DNA of 64,000 bases from Lama glama (taxonomy: Eukaryota). Shown here one piece after another: positions 35,421-47,570 of the stretch. Positions within the stretch are counted from its first letter, which is position 1. Each line of letters begins with the position of its first letter. The position numbers were made by a program, and so were the translations under genes. A model generated the notes under the pieces. That model was not told the origin of the DNA and searched no databases. It worked only from the letters and a program-made list of their open reading frames with translations. The stretch spans positions 97,838,001 through 97,902,000 of the forward strand of contig CM052817.1 of assembly GCA_028534125.1 (NCBI GenBank), in the 5' to 3' direction.

Positions 35421-36429
35421 AAACAAAAACAAAACCAAAACGGCTGCTGACTATTTCTGAATCTTAAGATGCTTGGTTGAAAGATCCTGGAGACAGGCCC
35501 TGTGTTACCAGTCATCTCCGGCCAGGGAAAAATGATGATGGACAAATTGGCTGGAGCTGTCCAGTTGTGAGCTCTCTCAGGTAACAAGGGACCCTGTGGT
35601 GGGAGCTCAAATGCTGCGAAGGACAGGGTTGGGCATGGAGACCCTGTCCTGCCTGAAATGATGTGAGGGGCCAGTCCTGAAGGAAAATAGTCCTCTGCAG
35701 AGTCCTTCATGGCCACCTCAAGTCACCCTGAAGGAGAAAATGCTGGAAGGTCACCCGGACGCACCACATGAAATGTTGTAACATAGTTGGGGGCTGCTGG
35801 GAAATCCCTGCTACCCGCAGACTGGCCAGGAATGCAGCAAATAAAGTGAGGCTTTCTTTTCTGAGAAATGATGGGGGCAGGGTGCAGCTGCAAGGCCAGG
35901 GCAGGGGTGCAGACATTTGAGTTGTGACTGAAAGCCAAGGGTGAGGCCTGGGACCCGCGGGACCAGAGCTGAGATCTTCAGAGTTTTAGTAAAAAAGTCC
36001 CTTCTTCCTTTACACCCAGGAGAACTGAAGGTCCTCAAGGTGCAACAACAATTCAGTGGGAGAAATAGTCTTGAACATGGGAGTCCCCTGGCCCCGATAT
36101 TTCTTCTGCTCTATAAACCATCCTGCCTCTGAGAAATTACCTTATCGCTACCTTATCTTCCTGGCATTTTTGGTTTGAGAAGGACCCAGGCTTGGCTCTC
36201 AGAGGGAGGCCAAATGTCCCCAAGCACCCATTCTTGAGGTCATTGCAAAGACACCCACGGAGGAACTTTCCATTTTAATCTTTGTACCAGTTGTTTTTAA
36301 ATCTGCTGAATGTCACATTCATGCACCCTCATTTTGCTATGAAACTATTAATTTTGGGGCAAATTCTACAAGTCACAGCAGGGATTTCAAAGAGAGAACA
36401 TAAATGCATGACATGCCCCTGAGAGCTAA

Positions 36430-36770
36430 GTCCCCGTCCTTGTGCCACTGCCCACCCCCGGCTTTCTACGTCCTGTCTCTGTCTCCCCCACCCCCATCAG
36501 CCTTCTAAGGCTGACCTGGAACCAGGACATTTCCAGGAGTGAGGGAGGCAGGCTTCGGGTTGAATGGCTAGTCTGGCGTTTGTATAATCCGTCCCGGAAG
36601 TGGAAGTAGAGTGATGGCCATGACGGCGACAAGGATGAAAATAGGTTTCGGGTGGGTCTGCTTTGCTGTTCTGACAGCGTCATCTGAGCGCCCAGGTAAC
36701 TAACGAAATGAGAGCTACAGGGAGCGAACGCTGCTGCTTCTCTGAAAACCCATACGGGGAATGCCAACGG
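36430..36770 (+). promoter_or_regulatory. Small CpG-enriched promoter-like island with tandem ETS site and splice donor
   Basis: 17 CpG in about 340 bp (hand count). CCGGAAGTGGAAGT at 36594-36607; CAG|GTAACT donor after 36695. Confidence 0.45.
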
Positions 36771-37799
36771 TTTGAATGTTTCATTATACTTTATATTTTA
36801 TAAGATCCTGCAGGGTACAAAAAGAATAAAAAAGTAATGGCTGAAAAATGGAGAAGCAGGAGCGATGAGTCCTGGAATTGAAAATAAGCATCACCCTTGG
36901 TTACTGTGGGTAAATAATATACTATAAACACCTTGAGAGTGGGGAGTGGTGTGGAAAAAGGCAGTGCCTGAATGTAGCAGCACTGACATGGATCTAAATA
37001 GGTCTACAAAAAACAATTAGGACAAAAGAGAGACAACTTCACTCTCTCTCCCTGAACACTGATGCCAGAAAATAGAAAAGGGGGACCCTTTGGGAGAATT
37101 TGTTACAGAATATAACTGTGGCTGCAACAAACACGTTCTAGTCTCACAATGAGTTATAGATGAAACCTATGTCTATGACAAATGTGCCTCGTGTGAAAGC
37201 CACAGCACTTGAAAATATATGGCTTTTTTTTTCCTCCCTGCATCTCTTGATAGGGAACACATAATCTATGGAAGACATGTCCATGTTCATGCACAGAATA
37301 AATCAAGAGTCAGCCCAGCAGGCTTGGGTATGACACGCAGGCCAGTAAAGAGCGCCCACTGCTTTCTGTTCCAGCAATCTGATAGCCTCCTCAAAATTCA
37401 AGTCATTCTGTGTGGATATCTGCTTTTGAGGGTGGGCTTCTAGAGGGTGGCAATGTGTCTTTTTCATCTGGTCAGCAATGCCAACTTTTGATGACTCTTT
37501 GGATTTTGGAACTAAGGCAAAATGTGGGAAGATGTTAGTTTTCCCCCAGTAAAGGTGTGTTTTAAGCACAAAAGGCTACTTGTTGGATGCATGGAGCACT
37601 GTTTGTGTGAAGAGTGCTGCCACAGGGACCTCAGGGAGGATAATGTAGACAGTGTGCGATGAGTTAAGGAAGAGACTTTCACATTTTTTGACCTACACTG
37701 AACACATTTTACGTGGAGATGCATCACACACACATGGAAGATTTCATGAGACTAGATGATTACTCTAGCTATGTGCAACACATCTTAATTTTCCCATTC

Positions 37800-38030
37800 C
37801 ATGCCATTCCAACTTATTCCATTGCTTGCTTCCATCCTTCCTTCCTCCCTCCCTCTCTTTCTCTTCCTTCTGTATATTAAATTGGTTGTGGCTTACTGTT
37901 TGAACAGCTCTGCACTAGGGGACATAAAGAGACACAACAGTGCATCTGTGTTCTATCCAACAAGCTGACTGTAAGCCTTAGGAGGGAAGAATTATCCCCA
38001 ACACCTAGCTCAGGGTATAGTGTGCTGCAG
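37800..38030 (-). mobile_element. L2 3' end, antisense
   Basis: ttcc-rich tail remnant, then 'gcttactgtttgaacagctctgcactagggg'. Confidence 0.5.
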
Positions 38031-38054
38031 ATACTAAAGAAATGTTCCTTATCA

Positions 38055-38215
38055 ACACCATCTACTAATTACTTGACCTTGGGCAAATCATCAACTGTTC
38101 TGTGCTCCTATTTTCTCATCTGTTAAAAGATACTAATAATACTTACCTCTTGGCATTGTTGTGAGGATGAAAGGATTTACAACAGTGCTTGACATGTAGT
38201 TTGTCATCATTTTTG
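38055..38215 (+). mobile_element. MIR SINE
   Basis: 'tgaccttgggcaaatcatcaac...ttttctcatctgttaaa...ttgttgtgaggatgaaa'. Confidence 0.85.
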
Positions 38216-38319
38216 TTGGTAATCTTATGATTAAAGACGCGGTGGTAAATGCTGTCACGTCTCGCCAATTTACTTGGCTATTCTCTCATTCATCCATTTC
38301 TGCAATGCCTTCTAAGTTC

Positions 38320-38485
38320 CCTGAACAATGCTAAGCATTTTGCATTAGTTACTCTTGTTATCGTCCCAATAATTCTATGAGGCAGGCACTGTTAGTCTCA
38401 GTTTATAGGTGAGACTCAGAAGGGTGAGCTACTTGCCTAGCATAGCTAGCCCGTTGCACCAGGTCTAGATGACTCAAAAGCCTGA
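38320..38485 (-). mobile_element. MIR SINE, antisense
   Basis: 'caataattctatgaggcaggcactgtt...tttataggtgagactcagaagggtgagctacttgcc'. Confidence 0.75.
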
Positions 38486-39726
38486 GACAAATGGAGGCAA
38501 GTGAAGTCGAGTAGAGGGTGTTTCAGGCAGATAGATTTGCACTTGCAGAAGTTTAGGGACGGGGTCCTAATACGTTATTTCGTATTTGTTGTTTCCCCTC
38601 TCATCTTCTTGAACACTTGAATTGGATGAGTGTAAGGAAGGTAACAAGATACACTTCATCTGTGACATAAGAAAGAAACAAGAGCAGTCTGGGTCATCTT
38701 TTTTTCAAGCTCCCATACAACTACTCTCTTTCAGAAGCCGCTTCTCCGCAGTGCTGTGGGTGTGATCCTCCTTGGTGAGCAGATTAGAGTCATCCTGAAG
38801 GAATACTGCTCCAGATTTGATGGAGGTCAAGGAAATGTGGCAAGAGATAGGTTCTCTGCAAAGCAGGAACGAGAGAGAGCCTAGGTCAAATAGGGAAATC
38901 TGAGGCAATGGAGTACCAAGTAAGTAAGAACATTTAAATGGTTAAGGTTCTGGAACTGGTGTTGTCAGGGAGTGCAGCTGGACAGGCAGTGACTGATTTC
39001 CTAGAGTGGGTTTTATCTGCCCAGTTAGAACTTGCGAGGGGCTGGGGCTACCCCATCTTTGGCCTAAACCTTCATTTTTGAAGCCCAGCTTTGATAAGGG
39101 TGGCCATTATAGACACCATGTTCAGAATTTGGTAGCTCTTTCTTCATGCAGAATTCCACTCCTTATTAATTACGTCTTACCTTCTTACTGAAAATTTCTT
39201 TTCCAATTTATATCCTCAGTGGAGTGAAGCACATTTTCACATGTTATATGAAAATATTTCATATTTATTGCACTTCCTGCCTGGTTCGCCAGATGAGATT
39301 TAAAAAGCAATTCACTCTTGGTTCTCTTGGAGGAGACTGAAGGCTGTCTGCCTGGTGACCGTCCAGTGTGGTATCATGGGAGAAGAAGTTGCACTTAATG
39401 TCACATGGCCTGTTTCTGAAGGAAATGGTTGAGGTGTTCTTATTTATTAACTGGACCATTTGCAGAGTGAGAAATCCTCTCTTGTGGAAACATGAATGGA
39501 ATTTCCTTCCTAAGGATGTCTTGTTAGAAGCTTTTCACCCTGCTCTGGCCCTCCAGCAAAGTCTGAAGACTTTTTTCTTGATGCATCCTTGATCCATCTA
39601 AAATTATGTCTTTCCTACTTGAAACCCTAAAATTAACTGCTCTTTGACATGAGTAGCTTTCAGGATCTGGTACCTTCTATACACCGGACAGCTCTGCTAT
39701 TATCAACCCCCCCTCCCATTTCCTAG

Positions 39727-40058
39727 TGTTGCCGAGTCCAAACTCGTTCTGCTCGCGCATGACAGGCCAATAAATTGGGAGATGAGGTGTTGGGGAAAGG
39801 AATAGCAACTTCATTCAGAAAGCTGGCAGACCCAGCGGATGGCAGACTAATGTCTTGGAGAACCATCCTGCTCTGGTCAGAATACAGGCTCCCTTTATAC
39901 AAAAAATAAGGGAGGGGGAGGGAAAATAAGGGAGGGGGTGTGGTTGATTGTTGTAATCCTCTTGCTGCAAGCATTCTTTGTTCTTGCGGCCATCCCCGTG
40001 GTCTAGGTCACGGTGTCCCTGTAAACCTCCAACAAAACAAAGGTTATTCTCTACTACA
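39727..40058 (-). mobile_element. Complete ERV1-class solo LTR (same family as 32289-32760, shorter variant)
   Basis: TG...CA ends with a perfect 4-bp TSD ctag (39723-39726 / 40059-40062). Confidence 0.85.
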
Positions 40059-40737
40059 CTAGGCTGCTTCCAGGCAGCCTCTCACCATTCTTATCAAACC
40101 ACCAAATATCCCCACATATGTGTGTGTACCTATTCAAAATATTGAACCTGGTACACCATGAACTATGGTCACTGACATTAACAAACTACACAGTATTGAC
40201 TGACTAATAGCCTAGCTCATTAGTATTTCGTATTAGTATTCCAAATCATAAATACCTGGGGCAAAGGAGATATTTCTTAGTATTCCCTATTGGTAAGAAT
40301 GGAAAGTTTGGGACCAGAATTCCTGGACTGTCCTGCTCATCCATAACTCTTTCCTTTCTGCTGGGGGCCACCTCTCACTCAGCTGGGAACTCATGGACTC
40401 CGGTCTGCTTTGTAGAGCTCTTCTTTCTCCACTGTTCATTGTTACTGCCAGCAGTTTTATTTTGTTGGTTTCTCTGAGCTAATTGTTTTTTAACCTATGG
40501 AATGCCCTTGCCTCCTTTATTGTCCCTTTTTCTGCTAACCTCTAGTGTATCACCAGACAGAGTTGCAGGGGAATATATAAGTTTACTGAAGAGCTTGGAG
40601 AAATTAAAGAATATATGGCAGTGACTTAGAAAGAGTATGTGCAGTTCTCCTTTAAATGTGACATTTACCAAAACCCTGTCTGTTTTCTAAGGGAAAAGCA
40701 TTCAAAAGTTAAACCTTTCAGAGAAAGTTCTCTCTAA

Positions 40738-40930
40738 CAGGTCTTCTCAAAATCAACGCCATTGATATTTTGGGCCAGATAATCCCTTGTTGTGGGGGCT
40801 GTCCTGTGCATTGTAGGATGTTCAGCAGTATCCTTGGTTCTATTCAGGGGATGCCAGCAACACTTCCCCAGTTATGATGACCAAAAATGTCTCCAGACTC
40901 TACCCCAAATCCTCTGGTAGAGAACCACCA
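40738..40930. mobile_element. MER20 hAT-Charlie DNA transposon
   Basis: 'cattgatattttgggccagataatcccttgttgtgggggctgtcctgtgcattgtaggatgttcagcag...accaaaaatgtctccagac...gagaaccac'. Confidence 0.9.
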
Positions 40931-40939
40931 CCCTTTAGA

Positions 40940-41102
40940 CTTACTCTTCAAAATATGGTCAGCAAAGCAAGTGGCATCATCATTACCTGGGACCTTGTTA
41001 GAAACGCAGACTCTGGCTGTGCCTCAGGTGTACTTCAACAGGATCTGCATTTTGACAAGATCCTCTTACGTGTACCTTTAAGTTTTGAAGCCCAGTCCTA
41101 GA
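40940..41102. mobile_element. MER5A-like hAT-Charlie DNA transposon
   Basis: 'gcatcatcattacctgggaccttgttagaaacgcagactct...atctgcattttgacaagatcc'. Confidence 0.8.
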
Positions 41103-41959
41103 AAATGTTTCGCACTTGCTACTTTTTCTGCTCTGTTATCAAATCCAACTTTCACTCAGATATCTTTCTAATCTTTCCTGGATAAATTTCCACCTTTTGG
41201 GAAATTCCTCAGGCTGCTCACAGGTATTTATGCTGATTCAAGAGCCATTGCCTTCCCCCTTCTTTCCAGCCATCCATCCCCTCAATTCTGAGTTACTAAA
41301 GCTATAACAGTGTTCAAGAGGCTCTAGAATAATATTTCAGAAAATGAGCCTGAGCTGGGGAGGGGAGGAGGAATTTGGGTCAACAAGCCTGTAAAAATAG
41401 CTCAGATGGGTATTGACCACTCAGCGTCTGTCCACTTTGATGTTTCCTGGCTTGTAGGATTTGAAATTAAGCCTAGGCTGGTTCTTCAGTTAAAACTATC
41501 ATCCTTCTTCAATTGACATTACACTTTGTACTCTATGAAATTCAGAATCTATGAACTGGCACTGGGAAACACTGAAAGTCTATCAATCTTTTACCAATGA
41601 CTCGCCTCATTTCCAGCAGTCTTTAGGTGTTGAGAGTACATAACATTGGTTAACACTCCTTCTCAATGAATTAATTTACACACTTGAATACTGAACCAGC
41701 AGTGCTAATCTCCCTATCTTATTTTGATACCTAATATCCAGTTTCCTTTTTAAATTGTTGTTTGGTCATCTATTTTAATACTATTGAAATTTAGAACTGG
41801 GGCATAACTTCTATTCACTTTCACATATTTATACTCTGCATCTCAGTTCATAGATTGTTATTTAGCAATTAAGGCAACAAATAGAATACGCACACACGTG
41901 CGTGCGTCAGTTGCTGGGAGACAATGCGCAAATTGGGAGCCATGTAATTATAGACTTAA

Positions 41960-42060
41960 CAGAACTGGGTTTAGAGTGAGGCAAGAAAACTTACCTAGGG
42001 CGCAAACACTCTCTCTCAGGTTCCTGCAAATGCTGACTCTAGTTCTCGCCTGAGACCTAG
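41960..42060. mobile_element. MER96-like hAT fragment
   Basis: 'gtgaggcaag...cctagggcgcaaa...ctctcaggttcctgcaaatgctgac' (recall of consensus). Confidence 0.5.
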
Positions 42061-42439
42061 TATCTCCATTCTGTGAGTGGCATGTCTTCTTGTAAAATCA
42101 TTTCTGTATCATCAAAGTTATGGGTAACAACGAATTTTCCTATTGTTTCTAGATTTATGCTGTGTTTTTTGTTCCCTACACTATTTTCCTAGTTTCAATC
42201 CCTAGTCTTGATTTCATGAAGGTGGGCCATCCTGGTGTCCTGTCTCCAGTGAAGATAACTCCAGTAACCTGAAGATTAGGAAAGATACGGTTCAGAAGAT
42301 CAGATTTGGAATGTTCGTGCCCAGATTCATTATCCCCATGTGCCAGTTATCAGTATGTTGCCTTCTCAGTCCAAACCCACTCTCCTTTGTTCTGATTTCT
42401 GATACTGAATCTGGATCATATACAGATTTCTCTTTCACC

Positions 42440-43104
42440 ACCTAGCTTCATGTTAAACTTTATCAGTGGAAGATGCTGGAGGAACTCTCCAAGCACTCCT
42501 GTTTCTGTTGCTTTTCTTCTTGCTTCTGTAGGGCAGTGGCTGGCAGATACCTTCACGTGAGAGACCAAGTGATGCACATTCTCCAGCAAGTTTTACCAGC
42601 ACTTTGACCAGCATCTTCTCAGAGAGTCTTGCAGGCACCCTAGCAAGTGACTTCTCAGTGAGGATTACCAGCACTCCAGTGGGCAGCTTCCTGGACAGTG
42701 CAGTCAGGGAGACCCACTAGTGTTCACCCACGGCAGTGCCCCCCTGCCCAACAGGTTTCTCTGGCACTCCAGCAGGCTCTTTCCTGCTTGCCAGTCCCAG
42801 CCTGTGGTACCTCAGTGAGCTTCAGTGTCATCAGGTGGGCCGCGGCCACACCGTCTACAACAAGGTCTCATTCTTAGTCTTGAGAGGAGAGGGATGGGGA
42901 CTTCCAAGTTTGTTTCTTTCTTGAATATTCTCTCTCATTCTTAGGAGTAGCAGCTACTCCCATCATCTCTTCCAGTAATCTTTAGGATTCTCTTTACTCC
43001 TGTTAGTATTAATCCTTTTTGTCTATTTAATAACTCTGTATGTTACATTTTTCTGTTTAAATTACCGCTGTAGTTTGTCTCCTAATCGGACCCTGACTGC
43101 TTCA
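42440..43104 (+). mobile_element. ERVL-class LTR (LTR41-like)
   Basis: Internal ccagca-rich repeats; ends 'tgtctcctaatcggaccctgactgcttca', similar to the LTR33/41 3' terminus. Confidence 0.55.
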
Positions 43105-43527
43105 TTCTCCAGTCCAGAAGAGACGTTATACTAAAACCTGAGCCTACTCTGCTTTTAGAAGGCATCCACAGGAGAGATAGGGCTCTTATAAGGATCCACA
43201 CCCATTTTCTTGTAGCTATATTAGAAATGGCCTTCTCTGAATGGAACCTCTAGGAAGTAATGAGGAGTTCATTAAAAGGTGGTGTTCACCAGTAAATCTT
43301 TGTTACTTCAGCTTGTCTTTCTGGGTCTTTGCCTAGACACCCTCTCCCCTTCTCTGGTTCTGACTGTAGTATAACTACTACCAATCTGTTTGGACCTTAT
43401 CTGCAGACCTTTGATTAAGCCTGAGGCTTTCCCTGAGATTAACTATCTGTAGATAATAGATACCTATCTGTCTATAGATAATCTCAGGGAAAGCCTAAAT
43501 TATTTAAATGCATAAATAATTTCTATT

Positions 43528-43578
43528 TATAATATATAATATATATATATATATATATATAATATAATATATATATAA
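43528..43578. repeat. (TA)n interrupted microsatellite
   Basis: Visible run of ta units with taa interruptions. Confidence 0.9.
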
Positions 43579-45751
43579 TCAAGATTTCCCTGGAGGAAAT
43601 CACAGATTCTGTTTTTTAAGTTTGTTCCATTTTATTTTGTTTTTGACAATACAGAGCCACTGGAATTGTTTGTCCATGGTTTTCTGCTCTCAATGTAGAG
43701 TCTTTTTGAATAAGTGCTTGCATGTGTCCAGTATTAATGTTTTCATGAGTAACCATTCTGAGAATGATTAACTAACCATTCTCATATTGCTTATGAGGCT
43801 TAATGGAAAAACGGAAGATTTTTTCCATTCTTCAGCTGTGATTTTCTTGCTGTTTGGGTCAAAAGGCCATCTGATTTACAGAGCTTTTGAGTATTAACTA
43901 TCACAGGACTCTAAAGTGATGGGCTTGAAAACATACATCGGCTTTACCATGTCCTTAATTTTGAGTTTGGATGCAGCTAAAATAGGGGACATTAATATAT
44001 TTTAGTTTACACGGTTAGAACTATGTCTCATACTTAATATGCCTATTTATGAAAAATAAACTATATATCAGCATTGGAGCCAATGGCTTTAGCCCAAATT
44101 TATCACAGTAAAATATTGCAGTACTGGTTTCTGATTGATAACCTTCATAAAAGGACCACATGCCTTCCAATATGTTCTTGGCAAGTGTACCTTAATTATT
44201 TTATTTTCCTGTCAATAAAATTGGCATAGACTTATATTTTGGGGGTCTATATATGGGCTGCATGTATATTAGATGCAAAATATTATTACTAATAATAGAT
44301 ACACTGAAGTTGGAGGGTTGACAATGATCTAAACTCACATGCTAGCTTTAAAACAGCGGCTCAGGTAATGTTTAATAAAGTGGCTTTCATGAATTACTGT
44401 ATTTCTTACTCTAAACTTTTCCGTGAGTGTTTTCATTTGTATCTCAGGATCTTACAGTAGCCTGTGTTATCCATCACTATTACACTGTCCCTCCAAGAAG
44501 AGATAAATGCTCCATACAGACTAATTTGATACAGATATCCTATTGGAATCATTTTCTTTAATGGTGTGTCATTTCTAGATTGTGAAGATGTAAAATACAG
44601 GCAGAAGTGAATTTTTTCCATCTTTGTGGTCAGCAGCTTCATTCACTGATTTTGCATTTTAGACATGCTTTAGTGTGGTACAACCATAAAAAGTCACATG
44701 TCAAATAAAAACAGCCTGAAAAATGGTGATTTCTTGCTTGTGGCATTAGTGCTCTTATGGAACAGTTTCTGTGTTTTGAAAAACAATAGAGTTTGTTATG
44801 AAAATGAGTTTCCCCAGAGAGTGCCACATGACCGTAGGCTATTAATTATACACTTTTATTGTTATCTTTTGTTCAGAACAATAGTGCTCCTGAGGTCCTG
44901 TGGAACTTTTCTCCCATGCGGTCATGTCGAGTTTTGATTAAGCATCATTATATACAGTTCATTAACAATGTATCTTAAAATGAGTTTTTGATTGAACATT
45001 TTTATTGGCCATTTACTATAATTGATGGATTCTGTTGAAATTTCACATAGAAAATTTGCCAGGATGGTTACGGTATTTTTCATTATGTATCATCATGCCC
45101 TTTTCCCCTAAAAGAACCCAAGTTTCTTTTAAAAAAATTAACTTTCAAAAATGAGATATTGATCTATTGCCAAGGCAGTTGCTCCTTCCATCGTTCAATT
45201 AGGAGAAATATTAAATAGAAAAGAGAAAAATTGGGGAAATTAAATAATCCTATTAACACAGCCCTATTTTCCCTGGGGCTCAAGTCACTCTTTAGGAGAG
45301 AAAATGAACTCTTTCAAGTTGATAAGGGTCCTTTTAATGCATAACTGAACTTGATCTGTTTCACTGGAGTCTCCAATATCACAGCATTAATCATAATGTT
45401 TACAGCTTCTGTTCTTACCGTAATCAAAGGGTTAAAAGGAATTTGGCAGTTGGTCAACTCATTACTTTTTCTAATACCTTTACATTTAAAGAAAATTAGA
45501 AATCTCTTAGAAATTGTTTATGTGTTAGTAAAAACTGCCCTAGAATTTTTTTTTTATAGTGAATCTATTGTCACTGGAGGTTTTCAAGCAAATACTGGGT
45601 AGGTACACACTGGGAAGGAGAAAGTGGTAACACAGGTCATCTTTAACATTTCTTCCAACTCTAACCTTTTATAAATTACTCATCTGATACCAGCTAAGAC
45701 ATAGGACAAAAATAGAAAAAGAAGAGGGAGAGAAGTTTGAAGACTGATACT

Positions 45752-45875
45752 GTTTGGCTTCAGGCAAGTTACTTACCTTCTCTGGGTTTCAGTTACTTTA
45801 ACTGTGATAATAAGGAAATTGAATTCAATGATGTCAAAGGTTCCTTCCTACTGGAGTATTCTGTGATTCTCTATT
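45752..45875 (+). mobile_element. MIR (MIR3-like) fragment
   Basis: 'caggcaagttacttaccttctctgggtttcagtt...aaggttccttcc...attctgtgattct'. Confidence 0.75.
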
Positions 45876-47389
45876 TTCCAAGTGACTGAGGAATAAGAGA
45901 CAGTCCTTCAAGAACCTATTTTTCATTCAGGAAACACCAGACACTTGGGGCGATGGAGCCCACTGACAAATGTTGGCAAATTTATAAAATTCCAATGAAT
46001 TGACAGTTTTGGTATCTATTATGTTAACGTGTATTTCTACATCATCTGTCTTTTCACGTAGATTTCCTCCTGCTGAAAATATGAATAAGAAACAAAATAA
46101 AGGAAAAAAATTCTCTTTATAACTATTTTCTTCTTTGAAACAGCAATTACTGCTGCCACAGGAAGCTTCTGTGAGCTGGAATGTGCTTCGTCATTGTCAT
46201 CACAGACAAAGGGTCAAATTAAAGACAAAGCGTCAAGTTGTAGGTGCTGAGCATGGGATATTTTTTAGGAAAGAGAGAGCGCTCATCATTGCTTACTTTC
46301 CCAAATCTCACCGATTGATTGTCATGATCCTTCCTTTCGTATCTGTTTTACTCTCTTCCCCTGAACATGGGGACTATTAGCTCATAAATTCACTTCTAAC
46401 CCTGGTGAAATCACATAGGTTGAACTGTTAGACTTTAGTCCACCACCCAGATATTTGTTGGGGAGCCAAAAGTGCTCAGTCTTCTGAATCTGAAAGAAAA
46501 GGAACCCTAAATGTCAAGTACATATTTTATCTGCTGCAGAACTCTGTATTGCTCCTCTTTCTATTTCTCTGTCCCAACATCCTACCCCTTTAAACTGCAA
46601 GGCACCACTGCAACGAAGGAAAGTGTGCCAGGAATGTACTAAATTATGATTATTCAGTCATTATTCACTCAATAACATTGAGTGGACCACCCTTCCTCAT
46701 TAACTTGTATCTCAGAATTTATCGATTTTTACCTTAAATAGTGGTTAACTAGGACACTTTCTCTCTTTTCCACATCTTGCCCTATCTTGCAATTTAAGTG
46801 GGAATAACATTATGGAAAAATAATAAATTTAATCCGTTGTAACATCAAGTTCAGTGGGTTAAACTTAAACATGGGTCAAGTTTAAGACTATATTGAAGTT
46901 CACTCACATGCTATATTGAGTTATTTCCCATATGTGAGGTGAATGAGCAAAGTGGCTTTGTGAGCATTTAATGTTTTAACCATATGGAGGAGAATACTAT
47001 TTCTCCTTAAGTGTAAAACTAAGTGATAAGATACATTTTATGGCTCATTTTATTGTGGGTGAGGGTCTACTGCAACAGTAAGAAGTCTCTACCCCATAGT
47101 AAAACTTACATATTTGGGTGAAAGAAAAAATCCAGAGTCAAGATGGCAGCTTGAACATTTGTTGGTGTTCTTGGCCGGAAAGGGAGGAAACAGACTAGTG
47201 TGAATCTGTGCATCATCTGCTAAACAGCTTAGTACACAGATCCTGTGGATTAAGATTGTATTCTTCCTGTAGACAGAGAAGAGTATGAAAACAGAGTTCG
47301 ATGAACCAACCTGGGAATAGGATGGAAAGACCGAAGTGTCTTATCTTCACACCAGCAATAAGGCATTCTGGGGAAAGTACAGAACTTGC

Positions 47390-47570
47390 TAGTTAATAGT
47401 CCCGGACTCTAGCCTTCAGTCTGTCTTGAGCATTGTGTGCCCTAGGCAAGCTAACTCATCTCTTTCAGCGTAACTTTCTTAGTCAGCATGTAGACGAGGA
47501 ATGGAGACATCCTTGAAATCTCTGGCGCGGCGCCTAGCATCCAGCAGGCACACACAAAGTAGTCATAGGT
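47390..47570 (+). mobile_element. MIR fragment
   Basis: 'tgtgtgccctaggcaagctaactcatctct...gcgcctagcatccagcaggcac'. Confidence 0.55.

Noticed and set aside
36426..36767. 113-aa minus-strand ORF over the CpG mini-island
   Set aside because: Non-ATG start and no recognisable homology; the openness is explained by local GC content.
32289..40058. Full provirus bounded by two same-orientation LTRs about 7.4 kb apart
   Set aside because: The right LTR has its own ctag TSD on both sides, the copies differ in length and sequence, and the interior holds MIR, L2, L3 and old L1 with no gag/pol/env. These are two independent solo LTRs.
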